NCBI GenBank assembly: GCA_051294905.1
Contig: CM119371.1
Span: 35,590,001 to 35,654,000 of the forward strand
DNA length: 64,000 nucleotides
Source: Botryllus schlosseri
Lineage: Eukaryota
Direction of reading: 5' to 3'
Shown here: positions 38,422 through 52,690 of the stretch, in pieces
Numbering within the stretch: the first letter of the stretch is position 1
How the letters are laid out: each line of letters opens with the position of its first letter
The notes under the pieces: model-generated
Seen by the model: only the letters and a program-made list of their open reading frames with translations
Database searches by the model: none
Told to the model about the DNA's origin: nothing
Made by a program: the position numbers and the translations under genes

Positions 38422-38859
38422 CAGGGTGATAGCCAATTTACAAGCTTTCGAGTGACAAGTCGATCTTGCTTTTATAGTTTTGACTCAAGTCAAGTCGAGT
38501 CACTTTCTATTCACCAGTGAGTCAAGTCCGAGTCCAAGCCATTATGTTGACTGTTCAGTTTTGATTTAAAATCTTCTTAAAGCCACTTTTGACAACTCTG
38601 CTTGGTGATATTGAATGCTTGCCCTCATAATATACTAATTTTCCTCACTTTTCAGTTTTGGGACACATTTTTCAGTACCAATACTAATAGACGAAATACC
38701 AATAATGTGGTAACTTCGAGCGACAAGGAAATGTCTGTCTTGGCCGTCCTAGTCTCGAGTCATATGACTCGAGTTCAAGTCGAGTCACTACTCGTGGTCA
38801 CTAGTCGAGTCATTTTACGCATTTATCAAAAAATCGTGGATCAAGTCATTATAACCCTG
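38422..38859. mobile_element. GACTCGAGTC-rich MITE family copy
   Basis: Ends CAGGGTGATA / TATAACCCTG; repeated GAGTC/GACTC motifs; reverse-complement homolog of 49208-49779. Confidence 0.75.
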
Positions 38860-39971
38860 GTCTTGAGATACCGGTAACTTTGTGTTTCTTTTATGAGTGA
38901 AATTGTAGTAAAAACTGGTCAAAATAGCCCGTGCTTGACTATGACTGAATATATTTTTAGAAATTGCACCTATTTGTCGCATCAATAGTCATTTTGCGTT
39001 AGTGGCAAAAATACACCCGCAATTTGAAAAGTAACCACCTTACATTAACTGCTAATACTGTGCGACCCGCAAACTGAATTTACATTTTCAAGCTACTTAC
39101 CAGAGTCTTTTTAACACTTTCATTTTCAACCTCCCCTTGATGTAGTTTTTACGCGCCTTAAAAATCGCTACTTGTAGGATACTTGTTACTGAGTAGAAAT
39201 TTATGGAGTTAAATCTACTTCTTGAGTGCCAATACTGACCGTTATGACCACATCTTATTGTTTACTACGCGACGGATGTCACTAGCGATGTACATTTTTA
39301 TCGTCGTTTCAATTGTTTTCTTGTTACTTTGATCTTTAATTTGATCGTACGGCTGATTTGAAGTGAAATTGAATATCCCCGCGTCCTAATCGAAGAAATA
39401 TTTTAAAGTCTTTTTCATGTCTGGTAAATACCCAATTGAATACCGTAATATATTCATATTGAAATCAACCTGAATGTTTTCAGTTGACACTCGTCAGAGG
39501 TAATCGTCACCAACTAGTAGAGAATTGGAAGAAACATTTTATACCAACAAGCGTATCACTATCGACTAGTAAATACCAGGCCAGCAGTTAGTATTGAGGT
39601 AGGTATACTTTGAAATACCTATGTCTTGAATGAGCGCTTTCAATGCGCATGTAATTGCATTGTAGGCTATATCATTGGCTTCGAGTCTCGTGGGATCTTT
39701 AGAGTAAGATCGACTAGCGCAAGTTATCATTAACATGGTTATTGGAAGCTGTCAATCAAAACCGATTCATGATATAATAAATGCAATGCAGGCCTGCAAT
39801 ATTTATTTGTTTTAAATTTTCTGATTTGACTTTCGAAGTGAGGTGTTCATTTGGGTTTTGGAATAGGGAAAGGAGGAGACTTGTACCAGATCAGAAAGGT
39901 TAGTTGATGAAGAATGAAAGCAGTCGATTCTGCTCTTTTTGCTGGAAAATTTGTGGAGTCAGGGTCATGAC

Positions 39972-40452
39972 TAGGGCAAGTTTTTGCAGCTTCCTAAATA
40001 CTCGGAAGATTTGTTGAATGCTGTTTTAAGCTGTTTGAAGGAATCTAATAGTGCAAATTTTTGCAACTTTTGTCTATTTTTTTCATGCGACTTTTTGCAA
40101 CCTTTTGCAACTTTTTTGATTTTTCATGAAGGTATTTTCTATTTCGGTGAAAATACACAGCCACATTCGACTGAAATACCGTAAATCAGCACTGAAGTAA
40201 CGCTCTTACGGGTATTTCGGGAGCTGAGCCGGAAAGTTGACCTTTTTTTTAGTCAATCAATAGTGCATGCGGATGGAAAACTGTATTTCGGGAGTGAAAC
40301 TGGGAAGTTGTCCTTTTATTTTAGTCATTCGAGAAGAAGGTGGTCTTTTAGTGCAACTTTTGTGAAAAAATAAATGCAGATTTTTTTCTGCAACTTTTGT
40401 CAAAAATAAATGCAACTTTTCACGGATTTAACTGCAACAAAAACTAGCCCTA
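39972..40452. mobile_element. hAT-type MITE (TAGGGCAAG family)
   Basis: TIRs TAGGGCAAGTTTTTG / CAAAAACTAGCCCTA; TSD GTCATGAC / GTCATCAC; TGCAACTTTT repeats; inverted copy at 54392-54789. Confidence 0.85.
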
Positions 40453-40594
40453 GTCATCACTTTCATTGGACTCCCGTTTTACTGACTTTTTACTTTAATT
40501 TATTGGAGTTGACTATAAAAAAAGGTCGTTTATTTCTATTTCCAGTTCAATCTGTGCATTGCCCTAGCTGTAAAGGAGGACGAATTGTATAAAC

Positions 40595-43116
40595 CAGTGT
40601 TTCTTAACCTTGCCTCCAGCGCCCCCCAAGGGGCGATTTTGATTTTGAAGGGGGCGGAAACGCTCAGGGGGTGATATGGGGGGGGGGGGGCGCTGAAGCA
40701 AAATGGCTTCGCAGGAGATGGTGTAGTATAGTAAAACATATCATTAACGAGTTTTCAGAGCAAATTAAGATTCGACAAAACGTGTCAAATCTCGAAATTT
40801 TTCGACTATGTTTGCTACATACAGGGCTGTAATAGCACTTCGTCAGGCCCCCCAAAAAACTTTGGTCTTGGCCCCCCCCCCATAGGGTTATAGACCGAAC
40901 TTATGGGGGGCTTCGCCCCCAGACCCCCCTCCGGCGATACACTATTTACCGCTGTTTATCATATTCATTGGGAGTTTGTTTAGTGAATCAGCTTTATAGT
41001 CGCCGAAGCGCGCAAAATTTCTACAATTCATGATTAAATCGGTCAGTATGATCGGGAATTGCATATATATTGTTATCAATTTTTGTCTTCTTTGTGCTCA
41101 CGTAATCAGATTTGCCGGTAGAGCTGAGTGAGGTGTATTTGAAAAGGTGGGACCACTCAATAATAATTAAACAGCTTCGGGCGTATACCCGTTGGCAGGA
41201 ACGAAACAGCACCTCGTCAGGCCCCCAAAACGTAGGTCTTGGGCTCCCATAGGATGATAAAACGACGGCCCCCCATCACGTTGTTCGCGTTTGTCACGAA
41301 ATCAGCTGTACTGCACTGTGAGCCAGCGCCAAGCGCGAAAATTTTCGATAATTGATGATGAAATCGGTCAATCAGATCGGCTATTGCATATATATTATGC
41401 TATCAATTTATTGTCCTTTCTACTCACGTAATTCGATTTACCGGTAGAGCTGAGTGAAGTGTCTTGAAAACGCGAGGGCACGTATAAAATATAATTAAAC
41501 ATCTTCGGGCGGGCGGACCCGTTTATTTGACTTCGTTACATGATGTTATTTCGTGACTTCCAGTCTGCCATATCAAAAAATATAGAATCGCCCAAACGTA
41601 GGCTTCTAAACTAAGAGACGCACACGATTTCAAATTGGTATTTCGTCACTGGCATAAAATTTTTCCCAGCGGGATGGTATTTATCTTATGAGGTTCAGAT
41701 TGCAAAGACAGGAACATTCGGCGCCAGTCATTTAGGCGCCTATGGACAATTAAAACTATATGTATTTTGTATATATAACGAAGTCTTCGGTCAGCGTAAG
41801 GGCATAGACCTTATCGGCCAAGGTTTTCTCGCTGCCGATCGTTCTGGCACACTTCTTGGAGTCGCATGTTATATGGCCTAAAACTTGATTGTATGTCTTG
41901 GTGGGTCGTGGCGCGGTAATGGGCCAATACCCAATAATAAAGATAAATGGCTACTTGAATTCGCGCCGTGCGCGAAAAAATTTTGAAAAAATTGCATAAA
42001 TTTTCAAAAAATACTGTATGATTTATGCTAATTCACGAAATAATTTTAGGCCCCCTTCGAGCTCGGGGCCCCCCAATTGGGGGGTTTGGGGTGTGGCAGT
42101 TACGGTGCTGGCTACATATATGTCCCTCTCAAAATTACACATCAATTTCTGACGATTTATCAAGTTTTTCACTTTTTTTTCGCGCTGCGCTCGAATTACC
42201 GTTGCCAAAGTTTTAATTATTGGGTAGGCTACCCTTCCCCACCAAAAAATACGCATTGTTTATAGAAAATACTAATAGGCATTTCGGCGTCGGCCATTAC
42301 CACACCACGAGGCACGAAGACATATGAAGTTTCAGCCAATATGGGACTCCGAGAAATGTGCCAAAACATCGTCAGCGAAAAAACATTTGCTGAAAAGACT
42401 TGCCCTCATGTTGACCGTAAATTTCGATATAGATATGTCTGATTGTCCAGTTTGAATGACCCGTGCCGAATTGTCATGTCGTGGCAATCTGAACCCCACA
42501 GGACAAATAACATCCAACAAAGAAAAATTATTTGCCATTGAAGAAATATCAATTTTGAATCGTGTGCTTATCTTGGTTTAATACGTTTATGTGATTTCAA
42601 TATCTTTTGACTAGCCAGCGGATAATAGCTCACAAAATAACAACATGCTACGAAGTAATTTTACCAACGGGCCCGCCCGAATATATTTAATTATTAATTA
42701 TGTGCATGCATTGTCCAAGACAACAGCTCATTCAAAGATATCGGTGAATCTTATGGCGTGGGCTGACAGGATAGGAAATGATAGCGAATATATATGCAAT
42801 TACCAATATTCTTGTCCGATTCATTCATCCGTGATAAAGAGAACACTTTCGCGCCTAGGCGACCAGGCCTCATAAAACTTTGCTCAACATCAAAATCACG
42901 CGACGCTGGGTCTTGGGGAAAGCTCCACAGAAGTTAGGTTTATCACCCTATAGGGGCCCAAGACCAGCGTTTTTTGAGGGGGCAAGCGAATTGCTGCTAC
43001 GGCCTGTCCTTTTACCAATTGAATTTATCAAAGCCTTTAAAATATGGTCTGGGGGGCGCTAGAGCACGGAAAGTTTTGATAGGGGGCGCTGGAGGAAAAA
43101 AGGTTAAGAACCACTG
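40595..43116. mobile_element. Composite non-autonomous hAT-type element with nested repeats
   Basis: TIRs CAGTGTTTCTTAACCTT..CCTCCAGCGCCCCC / GGGGGCGCTGGAGG..AAGGTTAAGAACCACTG; degenerate TSD GTATAAAC / TTGTAAAC; internal direct duplication ~41000-41190 / ~41325-41520. Confidence 0.7.
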
Positions 43117-43189
43117 TTGTAAACAATCGCAACCATGCCAGGGCCATTGTTATGGTCATGCTGCGTCGCTGCCCTTGTTAGCAACAATG

Positions 43190-43930
43190 CCGATCTTCAG
43201 ACTTTGAAGGCTATTTCGAGCTGGTTCCATTCCCTTAATGAACTTTTGATGTATATTTTCAGAATCAACGCGACAGTAGCTGTCAAATAAGTTCAACTCT
43301 ATTTAATGTGAGCGCTCACGTCGTCATGTATGGGATTAGAAATTACGCCGCGGTCAGATTGCTGAGCAGTAATTTCCTCCGGGCAAGAGAGCGTGACGAC
43401 CGTCGTTGCCTATCTATCCGTAGGTTAGTTATCTATACTTAAACCGCCATGTAAATGGGCCTAATGTTGGCGCAATGCCGGTTTTCAGACTTTGAGGAGA
43501 GTTTCGGGGTGCATGGTTCCATTCTCCGGACGAGATTTTAATTTGTATTTTCGAAATCACTGCGACACTAGCTTTCGATCAAGGCCAATCATATTCAATT
43601 TCATCGCTCAGGTCGCCAGATATAACACTGCCACTTATGCTACTTTTAGATTACTCAGCAAGAAGAGAAGAGATACTGATTGCCCATGCGTAACCGCCGG
43701 GAGTTGCGTATCCAACCTACCGATACATGCGCAACATGTGATTCACGGTCGAGAGATGCGACAACGGCAGATTTGTTGCTGCTCTTTAATGAATTTAAGC
43801 GTGCGGGTCGACAGCTATGGGATTAGCAATTTATGTTGCGTTCAGATTGCTGAGCAGTAATTTCCTCCGGGCAAGCAAGCGTGACGTCAGGTGTTGCGTA
43901 TCTACTATCTATCCGTAGGTTAGTTATCGA
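43190..43930. repeat. Degenerate local tandem duplication
   Basis: TTCAGACTTTGA…TGGTTCCATTC at ~43197 and ~43484; TATGGGATTAG…CAGATTGCTGAGCAGTAATTT…TATCCGTAGGTTAGTTATC at ~43330-43433 and ~43817-43928. Confidence 0.75.
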
Positions 43931-44781
43931 TAATTTGATATGATTATTCATTGTTGTTGTGGTTGTTGCAGTTGTTGTTGCAAGGACCACCAAGTGTCTG
44001 GTTCCGACTAGGTAGAATGGACACTTGGTGGACACATGAATGCATGCTTCTTGAAGAGGTACAATGAAGCTCTCAGGAAAGAATTGTTGAATCTCTTTAC
44101 ATCTACGATATCAGGAGCTCTTCCACACTCATCTCGTGCGTATGTCATATCACGAGTCGGTGTATTCTGCCGCACAAAACATCAAGGACAGATTGAACTG
44201 TGTTCTATTCCTCATATTCCTATTCCATTTTGCTCGTGAAATTGTCATAACAGCTGAGCAAAATAGCACCTGTATCACGAAAACTGAGTATATTTTTAAA
44301 TATGACACCCGTTTGTTGTGTGTTGTGCTTTTACACTCTGCCATTTCTAAAGCAGGCACTCCCTAATGACTGATAAAAGTAGCCTATATGTGCCCTCTCG
44401 ACCAAATTGTCTTTTTGAATCTACTTACTCGAGAAGGATACTTTTCAGACCTCAGTTCTACTTTCACTTGAAGTAGTTTTGATGTCTTCGAAGCCACTGC
44501 TTTTACTCGTATTTGTGTGGAAATTTATGGCGTTAAATTCAACTTGCACTTAAGTGTTGAGATCAAGTACAGGGATATCTAGATGTCCCTTATCAAGTCA
44601 CTATACCTTCGAGTCACAAGTCATCTCGAATCATTGCTATTGCATGTATCGACTCGAGTCAAGTCAAGTTACTCGATTTTTGGAGGTGAATTCAGTCAAG
44701 TCAGGTCACGAGACAAGTAACGATGACTTTGCAAAGTTGAAGTTGTAAGGAGAGAGAGAGAGAGAGAGTCTTTATTTAAGG

Positions 44782-45783
44782 CAGTGGTTCCCGACCGGGG
44801 GGGGGGATTTTGATATTCTTAGGGGGAAATCTGGCTTAACTTTTTTAGGGGGAATCTGGCTTTTGCATTGTATCGGAAGATACACTGGGTTCACAAGTTT
44901 TTTAGATTTTTATGGTATAGAACTGTTAAGTATAGAAATTAGTTCTTAACATTTGTATGTTTCTTTGGCGTATTTCAAGCTAGGTGTATGTTCAAATGCC
45001 TTCCGTATATATTACACCCCCTGATAAAGTGAGACTCAATAGACGATTTCGTTGGGTCCACGACAGCCTCTCGACCAAATTGCTACTAAGCAGGAAAACG
45101 TCAAGCCGACTTCAGCACAAGGCCGCTAGTGAAATTGTTTAACTTTTTAAGCCAACATATGAGCTAACGTGAAAAACATACCGTACCAATTCATCGAGTC
45201 AACTCAAGTCCATAGCGAGCGGACTTGGTGATTTATTTTTCGTCAGCCGCTACCCAACCGGTGAAAAACAGGTCGAATTTGACTGTACTTTACCAAAGTT
45301 TAGTGCGGTCTGCATTCGCCATACTTCGGACATATCTGAATTGGCCATTAGTTGCTCAAGATAGCGTAATGGTGAAGCGTCCGGCTTCTTGATCGGTAGG
45401 TCGTGGGTATGGTACCAGTAACACTGGTATCCATGACTTCCCTGCTTGGCGCTCATGCATTACTGGGATAGCATGGATAGGTGGTGCATGACTTAAAAAG
45501 CCGTAAAGGCTATATCTGCACTTCCTTGTCCAGCGGCATATGCACACCATACGCTAATGGTATGTATATGCACAGATCGTATGTATATGTGTATCATGAG
45601 TCGGTGTATATGCCGGAAAAACATCAAGGACAAAAATAAACTACGTCCTTTCCTTTTCTTTCAACAAGTGGTTGCGCGATAAAAAGCACATTTTTTAGTC
45701 ACAGGCAACTTTTTTATAGGGGGGAATTTTAGCTCAAATATCGGCCAAGGGGGGCACGAGACGAAAAAGTTTGGGAACCACTG
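44782..45783. mobile_element. hAT-type MITE
   Basis: TIRs CAGTGGTTCCC / GGGAACCACTG; perfect 8-bp TSD ATTTAAGG; related to 48842-50360 in the opposite orientation. Confidence 0.88.
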
Positions 45784-46848
45784 ATTTAAGGCTTCGCATT
45801 GTCAGTATATACAAGACGGCCATCATGAGTTCAGGCTATAGTATCCGCGGAAAGGAGCGATTTACGGCTACCTTGGGAAAGATGATCGCTCTGATGAAAC
45901 AATAAGTCAACCGTCCCCATTATCATCATGTCAAAATCACTGTAACAGGATTCCTCGACTTCCAACGCGTTTCCGCGGAGTAACATATTTAGTGCTACGT
46001 TTGACCTACTCGCTTGTTCGACATGTCTTGATAAATCAATCTTTCACTGCGATGTTACAATGACAGATGATACTCAATTCCAAAATGCGAGGTCGCGTAG
46101 GTGCGCGACGCCATAATCTCCGGCCGATGCGAATTATCGGAGGATGTGCATTAATAGAAATGTGCTTACGGTTCAAATGAGATTGGCATTGCCGATACGG
46201 TAAACATATGGTAGTTATGGAAGTTCTTAGCACCAGAATATTCAGCGGGATATGCTGTTTATATAGTTACCCCTGTGCGCTGCCCAAGTGAAATGAGCCT
46301 TGTTACCCTAGTATAGTAATTGCTGAATAACCGTGTCGATTAGAACGTCAGCGCCTCGCACAGAGAGTAGGCTAATGAAATTTCATAGTTTATATAGGAG
46401 GAGAGAGAGAATATTTTATTTCTTTACCGTGCAAATCATTAGTATGCATTGTACAAATGCTGTTGAATGAACCATACCAAAATAAACACGGTATTAGCGG
46501 GTTACTCAATATAACAGTGTCATCGAAGTCCGAGTCACCCAGGCAAGGAGTGTCGTACTAGCAGAAGTAAAAGAAGATATACACTCAAAACTAATAATTG
46601 AATAAACCAATAATTCACCCAACAAAGAATGAACTGACGAATATGCAAATGTCGAAAAAGACACATTATTGAAGTTGAAGAGATTTGAATAAAAAAGGGT
46701 CTATGGTCATTGGTCATTTATTCACTGCACATAGGCTATAAATTAGCGATAGTTGAAAAGTAGAGAGTCAATGCATTGTTTTATAGACCCAGACGAAAGT
46801 AAATAATTAGGTTCAAACGGTGGGTTATTCTGACTCCAGTATACGTGG

Positions 46849-47310
46849 TAGGATCGTAAGTTTTCGGTGACTCGACTTGAGTGACTTTGTGCATTGACTC
46901 AACTGACGTGACTTGACTGAAAACTGTGAAGTAAAAGCAGTCTTAAACCATATCCACTGAAGGGGGTAATGCAAGTTGGCAAAACCTGTTGGAGCACTTC
47001 GAAATAGTCGAAGTACTCATTTAGTGACAACATCTGGTTAAGAGTGAGACGAATGAGTATGAATGCGAGGGATTCGTTACACTCAAGAGGAGTTGTAAAA
47101 TGAGTTGAACATAACTTGAACTCGAGATAGAACAGTAATAAACAGTATGACTTGTACTCGGGCTTGAGTCACATACACTGCGACTCGGAATTTACCCTGA
47201 GCAGCCTGACTCAAACTTGGACTTGACTCGATGGCGAACAAAAAAGCACTCGACTGGAGTCAAGTCAAAACTGTAGAAGTGCGATTGGCCTGGTCGTGGT
47301 TATAAGCCTG
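46849..47310. mobile_element. GACTC-rich MITE family copy
   Basis: Ends TAGGATCGTAA / TTATAAGCCTG; TSD ATACGTGG / GTACGTGG; multiple GACTCGACTTGAGT motifs. Confidence 0.7.
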
Positions 47311-47378
47311 GTACGTGGGTGAATTTTGCAGCTCGATTGCTTCCGCGTCCGCGTTTCTGAGTAAGCTAAGAAATCGTC

Positions 47379-47418
47379 ATGTCCGATTGCGATGTCGCGG
47401 ACATTCCATTTTGGAGAA
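47379..47418 (+). CDS. Predicted exon 1 of an uncharacterised helical (TPR-like) protein gene, paralog A
   Basis: ATG at 47379; 40 nt (MSDCDVADIPFWR + 1 nt) then donor GTAAGC; the phase-1 63-bp intron 47419-47481 joins in frame to the next exon. Confidence 0.6.
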
Positions 47419-47481
47419 GTAAGCAAAATTCGTAGCTCACCAAAACCTATTGTCCATCCATTCAATGAATACTCTACACAG

Positions 47482-48350
47482 GTGTCGCTTTCGGAAACTT
47501 TTTAAAAGGGAAGCATGCTGAATGTCAAGATGCTCTGCGGAAGTTCGAATCCCACAAAGAATCTCACGATCTGGACTGTCTGCTTCTCAATGCCGAATGC
47601 GATGTCTACCGGAAAAGTAACGGGGCAAATATGGAAAAATTTATCGACGAAATCGTGACTAGTCAGGCGCTGGATATCGACATGATTGTAGAATGGAGTA
47701 ACGAGCTAGACACGGAGGAGCGACACGTAGCGTCGATCATACTTATCAGAGCCGCGTTGGAGAAGTTCAGAATCGAGATTGGAGATGTCGAATCGTACAA
47801 GCCGTGGATTTATAGCTGTATCACTAAGATACGTTTACGGGGATTTGATCGCTTTGATAACACCACCAGGCATAGCGAGGAACTGGGGACATTCGTATGT
47901 ACGGTTTTGGAAGATGTGGCGAAGGGATTTCGCGGTGTTGAAGAAATAAAAGCTGTGGCCGTAGCGATACGCTTGCATTTTGAAGGCATGCGACCTCGGA
48001 AGGAAGCGAAAGTGTTTACTGACAGCACCTCATTCGACTTAGGCCTGGAGGCTGATTTAGAGAGGGAACATCGATTAAGATCTTCAACAATGATGACTCG
48101 TGCTATCGATATTTGGGAAGACAAAGTGACAGGCCCCGAACAGTACTCGGAATACGCCTGTTTGCTTCGCGATATGGCGAACATTTACCTGGGCTGCAAC
48201 AGACACGAGGAAGCGTGGGTGGAAATTGTAAAGGCCGTGAAGGCATACGGTCGCGTCACGGATTTGGATCACGAGATCAAGCAAGGCGAGTTGAAGGAGG
48301 CGAAGAAGCTGCAGAAGACCGTGAAGACGCAAATGCAATTTTTAAAATGA
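47482..48350 (+). CDS. Exon 2 of uncharacterised helical (TPR-like) protein, paralog A (~302 aa spliced)
   Basis: Acceptor CTACACAG; frame stays open upstream of the tracked 47631 ATG (VAFGNFLKGKHAECQDALRKFESHKESHDLDCLLLNAEC…); C-terminal YACLLRDMANIYLGCNRHEEAW…AVKAY resembles one TPR-like helix pair; similar to paralog B. Confidence 0.75.
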
Positions 48351-48841
48351 GCGAACGGTTCCACTTGCGATTGACATTATCCAGAGAGCCGCTTGTAGTC
48401 TGATTGAAATTGCTAAATAGTAAATACCCACCAAAAGTCTCATTTCCCCTGTGACGTCAAAGAACTCAAATCTCACAGTATTGTGGTTGTTCACAAAGTA
48501 CGGTGATCTATAAGATTAGAAGTGTTTCCTTACATCCATTCTGTCCAATTGAATCAATCACAATCAATATAGTTCCATTTGGATCCCAGGTTTAATTACG
48601 TGATCATTGTGTGTTTCATATTATTATCGGTGGTGAACATTGTAAGAAAATATAATTTAGGTGTTATGAAGCAAGTCCTTTAAAACGTAGTTTTGTGGTC
48701 ATTGGTCGATATCATCGTTATAACGGAATCAATGCCTGAAAATCAATTACAGGCATTTATCATCACAGCTAATGACTTTCCAATCTGTCTCACTAAATTA
48801 GCAGAGGTATTATGACAGACTTTTCCGACGATGGGCTAGGC

Positions 48842-50360
48842 CAGTGGTTCCCAACCTTTTTCATCTCGTGCCTCCCTTGGCCGAAATTTGAGTCAAAATT
48901 CCCCCCTTAGGAGAAATCTGCCCGATGATTAAGAAAGGTCATTTTTAACCGCGCAATCACCGAAGAATAAGACGGGTAGTAACAACACTTTGTAGACCTC
49001 CAAAAACAAATGGTCTTGGTCCCAATCAAATAAATTCTGGAAGACTTGACTCAACAGACCCTCCTATTTCCCTTTGTGTTTTTGCCTTATCATGCACCAA
49101 TCGCTAATATAACTGCTGCGAAAAATCAGTATGCATAGATTTACTGGTCTCGCGATTTTTTTCTCAAGTTTGCGTATGCATTTGGCCAATGGTACTTTCA
49201 TATATAGCAGGATTGACCACACTCGAGTCGAACTCGAGTCAGCATTTTCTGATGTCTCGACTTGACTCGAGTCATTTTCACAAAATAGGGAAACGACTAG
49301 ACTCGACTAGAGACAATCTGTGTACTGACTCGACTTGGAGTCATTGTACATGACTCGAACCAAGCCATATGACTCGTGACTATAAGACGGCCAAGACCGA
49401 CATTTCATTGTAATTTCGAAGAACAGTAAAGTGGCCTTCCTATTGGAATTTCGTCTATTGGTCCTGGTACTTGAAAATGCGACAATAAACTGCTCAAAGT
49501 GAAGAAAATTAGTATATTATAAATCAAAATCATTCAATATTACCAAACAAAGTTATAAAAAGTGAGTCTAACAAGACTTCAGCTGGAAATTGAGCGGTCA
49601 ACACAATGACTTGGACTCGGAGTCGAGTCATAGTATCATGAATCTGACTCGACCCTATGCTCGGTGACTTGGACCGTCGGACTTGACTCAATAGTGAATT
49701 GAAAATGACTCGACTTGATTCGAGTCAAAACTATTAAAGTGAGATTGACTCGGAGCCTCGTGACGTGGTTACAGCCCTGATATATAACATACACGTGATC
49801 AGATTTCCTGCTTGAGCTCATTGAAATTTAGGACACTCATTCTGTTTCGGCAACATTGCACCAAGTTTTTCATGCATTTTTTCGATCGAGTAGCTGTTCA
49901 CTAAAAATAAAGGCAGGCTAGCGATCACTTTGACTTGAACCGATGGCGTTGGAATATTTTGTCAGTTTATGAAAATGTTGACTTGAAAATATAAGATAAA
50001 TACTTTCGTTAGAGGCCTTGTTGTGATAGATTCGGCAGGACATTTGCTCGCTTAGAATATATTTGATTGAGAGGCCGTCTCTGGCCTACAAAATTGTCTT
50101 GCGAACTGCAGCACATCTGAACTAGTTTAAAAAAAACAAGGGGGAACTGGTATGTGAGAAAGAGATTTCAAATAGCATTTGACCATACTATCAGCAAAAA
50201 ACAGCTATAAGGAGCATACGTTCTGATATAACTGGTTGACTACATGACAGTTCGGACATGAACAATTTGGGAAATCCGTTACAATTCTAAAGTGGAATTC
50301 CTCCCTAAAACTTGCAAAATTCCCCCCAAGGGGGAATTCCTCCCCGGTTGGGAAACACTG
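48842..50360. mobile_element. hAT-type MITE carrying a nested MITE
   Basis: TIRs CAGTGGTTCCCAACC / GGTTGGGAAACACTG; perfect TSD GGCTAGGC. Confidence 0.88.
49208..49779. mobile_element. Nested GACTCGAGTC-rich MITE
   Basis: Ends CAGGATTG / CAGCCCTG; TSD ATATATAG / ATATATAA; dense GACTCGAGTC motifs. Confidence 0.8.
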
Positions 50361-51091
50361 GGCTAGGCAAATCGTGTAGGCTACCTGAGTGATTTGATTC
50401 GGAGCCAAGCATTACTCTCCAATCAAGGATTACAGTATCCTGTATTTCAGTATAATAAATGTTTCGAGGATATCGAAGGTGCAAATGCTAGTGCGGACCG
50501 GCATTTCGGCTCATAAATAGTCTTGACAGTGTGACATGATCACGACATAGCGATGTACAATTACGTTCCCTGCATCTTCAAAGTCACCATCTCCACCAGC
50601 TCTACCGCTAACTTTTAATTACGTGGGATGAGAGGATAAAACTTTCATAGTGATATATGGAAGAACAAATATTATTGACAAAATTTATTCACATAATTCC
50701 CAACTACAACACACAACCACATATCTGCACCAACCTAACAGTATAGCAGAGCTGTCAAACACACGTCCAGCAGGCCGGACAATTTCATCAGGCCCGTGAA
50801 GACGTTTGTGGCAAACCAAATGAGAATACCGACCCTAGCGATGACCAGATCTCAAATTGGAGATGGCCAAATAGTATAAAACAGTACTCTTCGACCTTTT
50901 TCGTCGTGGTACACCCGTTTAACGTTTACTCGAAACTCGTACACTCCTAACCACATAACTCACTGATTCCGTATGGTAAGCCTAATCTAGGGGTGTTCTC
51001 AACCTCCTTGCTCTTCACGGCAGTGCTTCGGTTGCACAATACACATATATCATACGGCCGCATTCCGTTGGAGAGTCGTCATGTTCTAGGT

Positions 51092-52363
51092 CATGGGTGG
51101 GCAATTATTTTCCTCCGCGGGCCAAATGACAAAAATATATATGTTGGCGGGCCGAGTGAAAAAAATTAGCTATATTTTCCAGCGTATTTTAGTTTTATTT
51201 CTAAATTACATTGTTAATAAATGGTGCTCAGTGAATGTGTTGATGCTTGGTAATGACAAATAAGTGGCGCTTGATGAAAAAAATTATACATTACCTGTCC
51301 ATGATTCGAAACAATATTAAACATGATACATTTTAGCTCTCTTTAAACCCCTATCCACGTTCTTCTATTAAGACTCCAAAACAGTTGTTCTCAAACATTT
51401 TTAGGCACGCCTCCCTTTATGATAGTGACCAATTTCGCTCCCACTTATCATGACATCACAAAATATTAAAAAGTGCAACTAGAATGCTAACAATCCCAAC
51501 GGATAGTGTGATGGCATGGAAGATTACGGCTGTTGATGAGAAAACTGTGAAATATCCAAGTCGGACAATACACAGAGCAACAACTATAAGCTGGGGGTAT
51601 ATCGCGCGGAGCGCTAAAATTTTTTTCAATAAACTTCGGCTTCGCGCCTCCATTCTGATGCTTTCACGTCTCCCAGTTCGAGAACCACTGCACTGAAATG
51701 TATTCCTATATGCAATAGTACAAAGCTTATGTTCTTGGTCGCTGCCTTCCGAGCAGTATGCAGGTTAAATAACCTTTATGTTGATGCAAAAACTGAAAGA
51801 TGGGTTTACCCCTGACTCCAATATGCGAATATTTAGTGCTCTAAATTCTAAACAGAAACCTTCTTTGAATTTCAGTTTTCGGCTTTCTTTTTTTGGCATG
51901 CCAGTTAATATTTCATTGCTGATAGATATGATGAGCCATATAGTAATCGCAATAATCGACTGATTGACTTGTTTTATGAATTAGGGATTTGGAAACATCT
52001 AGTCACAAATTGAAACGCATACTGTATAATGCGTAATGTGACTATATGAACAAGGAAGGTGTGAACTAAACTATATGGAAAGAGTGTTTTCTTGTGACTT
52101 CAATTGCTACTGATACTTTGCCACATTGCCTTTATTAGGAATCTCGATTACGCATGCCAGGTACGTAGGCAGCATAATCGTTTCATATTAATAAACAAGC
52201 TTCGAAGTAAACGAATTTCCTGTACATTTGACACAGCCTATGGTTTTAGTATTTAAAAAAATCAACTTTTATATGTTTTGAATTCCAAGCAACCTTTCGC
52301 GGGCCGCACAGAAGAGCTTTGCGGGCCGCATGTGGCCCGCGGGCCGCACTTTGCCCAGGTCTG
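51092..52363. mobile_element. hAT-type MITE (GCGGGCC subterminal family), with a probable nested MITE at 51382-51690
   Basis: Ends CATGGGTGGGCAA / TTGCCCAGGTCTG; perfect TSD TTCTAGGT; GCGGGCCG repeats; inner element ends CAGTTGTTCTCAAAC / GTTCGAGAACCACTG. Confidence 0.8.
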
Positions 52364-52690
52364 TTCTAGGTGGACGTCATATACTCATATTAAATTGACC
52401 CTGGGAACTTCGCACCGCGGAGGGTCCTTGTGATGTTCTGTTTCATCACTGATTTCTTAAGATATACCTTGTTAATAAAAGTTCATAAATGGTAGCAGTA
52501 GAACACCAACGCAGGCTTACTATCTATGTACCCAAATCGCGAGTATAAATGTTAGCGAAAGTTATCTGGAATGCCTGTCAAGTCAGACGTTTCAAGTCCA
52601 TCTGGAAAGTTAATTGTGGTTGTTTTATATGTTAGTTACTGTCAAATATTTATCCATTTTTAGCTAGCCCATCACGTGATCAGTTTAACC

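Noticed and set aside
45885..45925. Hammerhead ribozyme core (CTGATGA…GAAA)
   Set aside because: No stem II or flanking helices can be formed
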